NCBI RefSeq assembly: GCF_009914755.1
Contig: NC_060926.1
Direction: 5' to 3' (one strand)
Origin: the human T2T-CHM13v2.0 reference genome, Homo sapiens
DNA length: 64,000 nucleotides
Within the stretch, counting starts at the first letter, position 1. Each line of letters begins with the position of its first letter. This document shows positions 60,091 to 64,000 of the stretch, piece after piece. The translations under genes and the position numbers were made by a program. Below the pieces are notes generated by a model. That model searched no databases, was not told the origin of the DNA, and worked only from the letters and a program-made list of their open reading frames with translations.

Positions 60091-61957
60091 ACATTTTCAA
60101 TACTCATCTTTCACAAGTTGCCTGTTTATATTCTTTCCTCTTATTTTAATTGGCTATTTACATTTTTTTTTTGTTTTTAGGAGCTCCAAGACAATTTTGA
60201 ATATTAATTCCTTGCTTCATGAGTTTTGCAAATATTTTCAGCTAAGCTCCCACTTACTGCCTAACGTCTCCATGTCCTTTCTCCCTTTCAAGGCTTTTCT
60301 CTCAGTTCTAATCTACTTTAATTAACAACTTTACGTTCACTTTGTGTTTTAGTTTTAGGATTGTCTTTCTTACCTTAAAGCCCAAAACATATTTTCCTGT
60401 ATCTTCTGTTACCTTTGTGGTATTGTTTATTTTAATTCTTTCAAAATCCCATTATTCTTATTTTCATGATCCATTGGCATAAAAGGAAAGGAGCTTTATG
60501 AATTTTTCTTGCCTTCCAACAATTTTCTAAATCACGTATTCTTTAATATGACTCATATTTGAACCTCAATTTCTTTGACAATTTTTTTTGCCCAGGTTTG
60601 CTGACTGCATTCCTTTCTTTCTCGTAGTAAAAGGGAAAAACAAAGTGGACTTTATAAATTGCTTGCTTTCAGCCTTATTTGACCTTATCTCATTGATTTT
60701 GTCCTCTTTGCTCTCCCAGATCTGGAGCAATTCAAGAGCTCTGTTGGGCTTATTTTTTTCTTCTGGTCTTCTGAATCTATATAGCAGTCTCCTGTGTTCT
60801 GTTTCCTATTTGCACCTGCTGTGCAGAAATTAACAAAATGCCTCATTTATTTTTAATAAGGATTTATAATATTTATATTTCTTTAGTATTATTGTAATTG
60901 ACACTGTGGGTGGAGGGGTCATGTAATATAGCTCACTATCTTGTAAAAAATCTGCTGCACACCTGTTATCTCTATACTATCTGTTAATATCAAGTGGGAT
61001 GAGCTGTGTTCTTTTTGGGAAAAAATAATGAGAGACAAGTTTTATGTACGAATTTAAATGGAGTATCTTCAAGTTTCAATTGTTTGAACTCTAATTGGTC
61101 CTCGTTAGCAAGATTCAACCATTTTCCTCAATTATATCCATACATATTTTAATCAGGATTCAGTTGGACTCTTTTTGTTCACAACTACTTATTTCAAATT
61201 TCTCAAATGCCTTAAAGTTGAACCAAGCCATACATCTTTTAATGGCCATTCACATCGCTAAACAAAAATGTAAACTTACTTAATATAAAGGACTTATACA
61301 AATTATGCAGGCCGCATTCTTGAACTACCATTCTCATCTTTCTTACATGCTTTCCTGCTGCTCCTCCATTCATCTGCCTGGGATGCTTCACTTCCATCGC
61401 TACCCCTCCTGGGGTTGATGATACCCTGCTGACAGCTAGAACTCTATCACTGTCAGCTTGTGGGACACTGTTCCAACCTAAGGCACCTCAGCTGCCAACC
61501 ATTTTTCTATTCTCATTTTCTACTGACTCTCTCTATTGTGATCAAGGGCACAAGTGACACCTTGACTAGTCCAAGCAGACGGAAGAGGATGCATAATGCT
61601 GCACAAATAGCAGATACCAAGCTTTTGGCAGATTTCAAAGCTGTCCACATTGAGGAAAAACAACCTAAATATCACTAAAAGACTCTAGCAAAGTCCAATA
61701 TATCATCTTTCAAACTTTCATTTTTTCTTCAAAGAATAGGTACCTGGTTGTTTTTCCCTGACTTTACTCATTGCAGAATGTATGTATATGAGTTTGGCAT
61801 GAAAGGAGAGAATTTGGAAGATAGCATCTAGAATGAGAAGCAGGAGAGCTGAAAGACCAAATTGGTGCACAGTGTTAGCCAGGAGATGTCTCTGGTACCT
61901 CCCTCAGCACTTTTATCTCAATGATGCAATGGAAAGAAGAGGGAGAATTTTAAATAG

Positions 61958-62339
<382 letters not shown>

Positions 62340-62509
62340 TTTTTCATTTTTCAACAATCTTTTTTTCTGCATTCCTCAGGGACTGGATCCCAGAGTAGCT
62401 CTTCTAGTTTCTCCTATTCTAAGGAAAAGTGAAATAAATACTTCACCTAATGTTGGTGATTATTTTGCTTCTCAGGGGAAGGTGCATTCTAACTTAAACA
62501 CACATGATT

Positions 62510-62582
62510 TGATGGAATAAAATAAAAAGCCTAGAAAAAAGCCCTCACATATATGGTAAAATAAATGTTGACAAGGGTGTCA
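62510..62582 (+). mobile_element. Short L1 ORF2 fragment
   Basis: atggaataaaataaaaagcctagaaaaaagccctcacatatatggt...ttgacaagggtgtca. Confidence 0.55.
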
Positions 62583-63933
62583 TGTCTCTGTGGGAAGGGC
62601 AGCAAAACTTGTTTTCCTCAGAACACAGGCAACATTCATTGTGGCTGTATTGAATGGTACTAGAAAAAAAAGTCTATCCTGGGTGATGGGGTATAAAATC
62701 ACCTGGTTTCCCAGGATCATACACTTACACCATTGGAGATCTGCTAATACTGAAGGAAAGGGAAGGGCAGGAACTCCTATTCAAAATCAACCTCAGGTAA
62801 AAAAGATGTACTGTGGCCATGAGGAGGTTATTATACAAAAGCAAGGGTACAACTGGCAATTAACATTTGACATCATCAATTTTACTGGAATCTTTAAGGA
62901 AGTCTTGCACTTTTCTAAAGTAATTTCCAACCCTAAAATTCTGTAATTTATTTTATGTTTGTACATTTTGTACAAAAACAAAATAAATAATCAACTCTTT
63001 AATTCAAGGTTTACTATCTGTATTACATTTTGTTGCACTTTTTAAATGTATGAACTAGAAAAAACTATATATTTAAATCTAATTTCTATCAAACTCGATT
63101 GAATTTGATTGTATGATAAGCAACTGTTAGATGAAGTAATCTGTAAACTCAAGCAATTGTTCTGGGCCACTATTGTATAAATTCTTATACTAGGCATGAG
63201 AATGTACTACCCCGTTCTCCTGAGAGTTGATTAGTTTAATTGTGACTATATATAATTCAACTATTTGCTTCATATTGCCAAACTTCTGCTTAAAAATTTT
63301 ATACCAGTTTACAGTTTCAATAGCATTACATTGGTCCATTTTTTTGTATCTTCCTCAATGTTGGGAATTCTTCATAAGTTTTAATTGTTTGATAGGTGAG
63401 TATTTTATCTCTCTGCTTAATTAGTATTATTTTTACATTATTTTATTTTTGTCTTGTCTTTTAAATTTATTTCTTTGTAAATTATCTACTGACAATTATT
63501 GTCTATTAGGAAATATATCTTTAAAAAAAATTTGTAAGAACTCAGAGAGAAGGAAGAAGCCCTGGATATCAAACTGAGTATAGTAATGCAACTTAAAATT
63601 GTCCTTCTCGTTCCACTATTATATACAACTTTCTTACTTGCTTGAGAGAAAATTAAACCAATATAAATATTACTTGAAGAGAGTTCTCCCATAATGCAGC
63701 TATAATGCTCTGCTATATCACTAGAAGAATTTTCAGCACCATGGACAGCCTCAGAGTTCATCACTGTTTTCAAGATTATATTGAGGAAAAAATGAGTAAA
63801 TTTATGAAATTTCATCAAATTACCTGAACTTTCCAGATTATTTATCCAGTTCTACATTATATTTCATAATGCACTGATTAGAAAATTTTGTATATTTTCT
63901 TGAAATGATATTTTAATTAAAAATTCTATTGAA

Positions 63934-64000
63934 GGCTGGGCCTGGTGGCTCACGCTTCTAATCCCAGCACTTTGGGAAGCCGAGGTGGGAGGATCATGAG
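63934..64000 (+). mobile_element. Alu 5' end, cut by the window edge
   Basis: ggctgggcctggtggctcacgc...gggaggatcatgag. Confidence 0.9.

Noticed and set aside
63486-63818. 110-aa minus-strand ORF with acceptor- and donor-like sites
   Set aside because: No recognisable homology and weak splice signals.

Overview
AT-rich, CpG-poor primate (human-like) genomic DNA, intergenic or deep intronic. I found no recognisable host protein-coding exon, RNA gene, CpG island or CRISPR-like array. The long ORFs in the track are explained by LINE-1, Alu or simple repeats. Main elements: a full-length but dead L1PA4 (46222-52428), whose ORF2 frame stays open for about 900 codons but has a mutated RT active site; a twin-primed, 5'-inverted L1PA2 with a 17-bp TSD (5432-6334); two older L1MA elements that retain 5' UTR-like sequence and a 3' end but lost large internal blocks; about 20 Alus; several solo LTRs (MER66-like, LTR40-like, THE1, MLT1); hAT MITEs; and MIR/L2 relics. 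I cannot support a new biological system here. The best leads are retrotransposition and repair scars (twin priming, a possibly spliced L1, a double-hairpin templated insertion, a tail-less internal L1 fragment), a tight inverted Alu pair, and a few candidate non-coding exons and RFX-type motifs in unique DNA. Subfamily names come from recalled consensus features and need RepeatMasker/Dfam confirmation.
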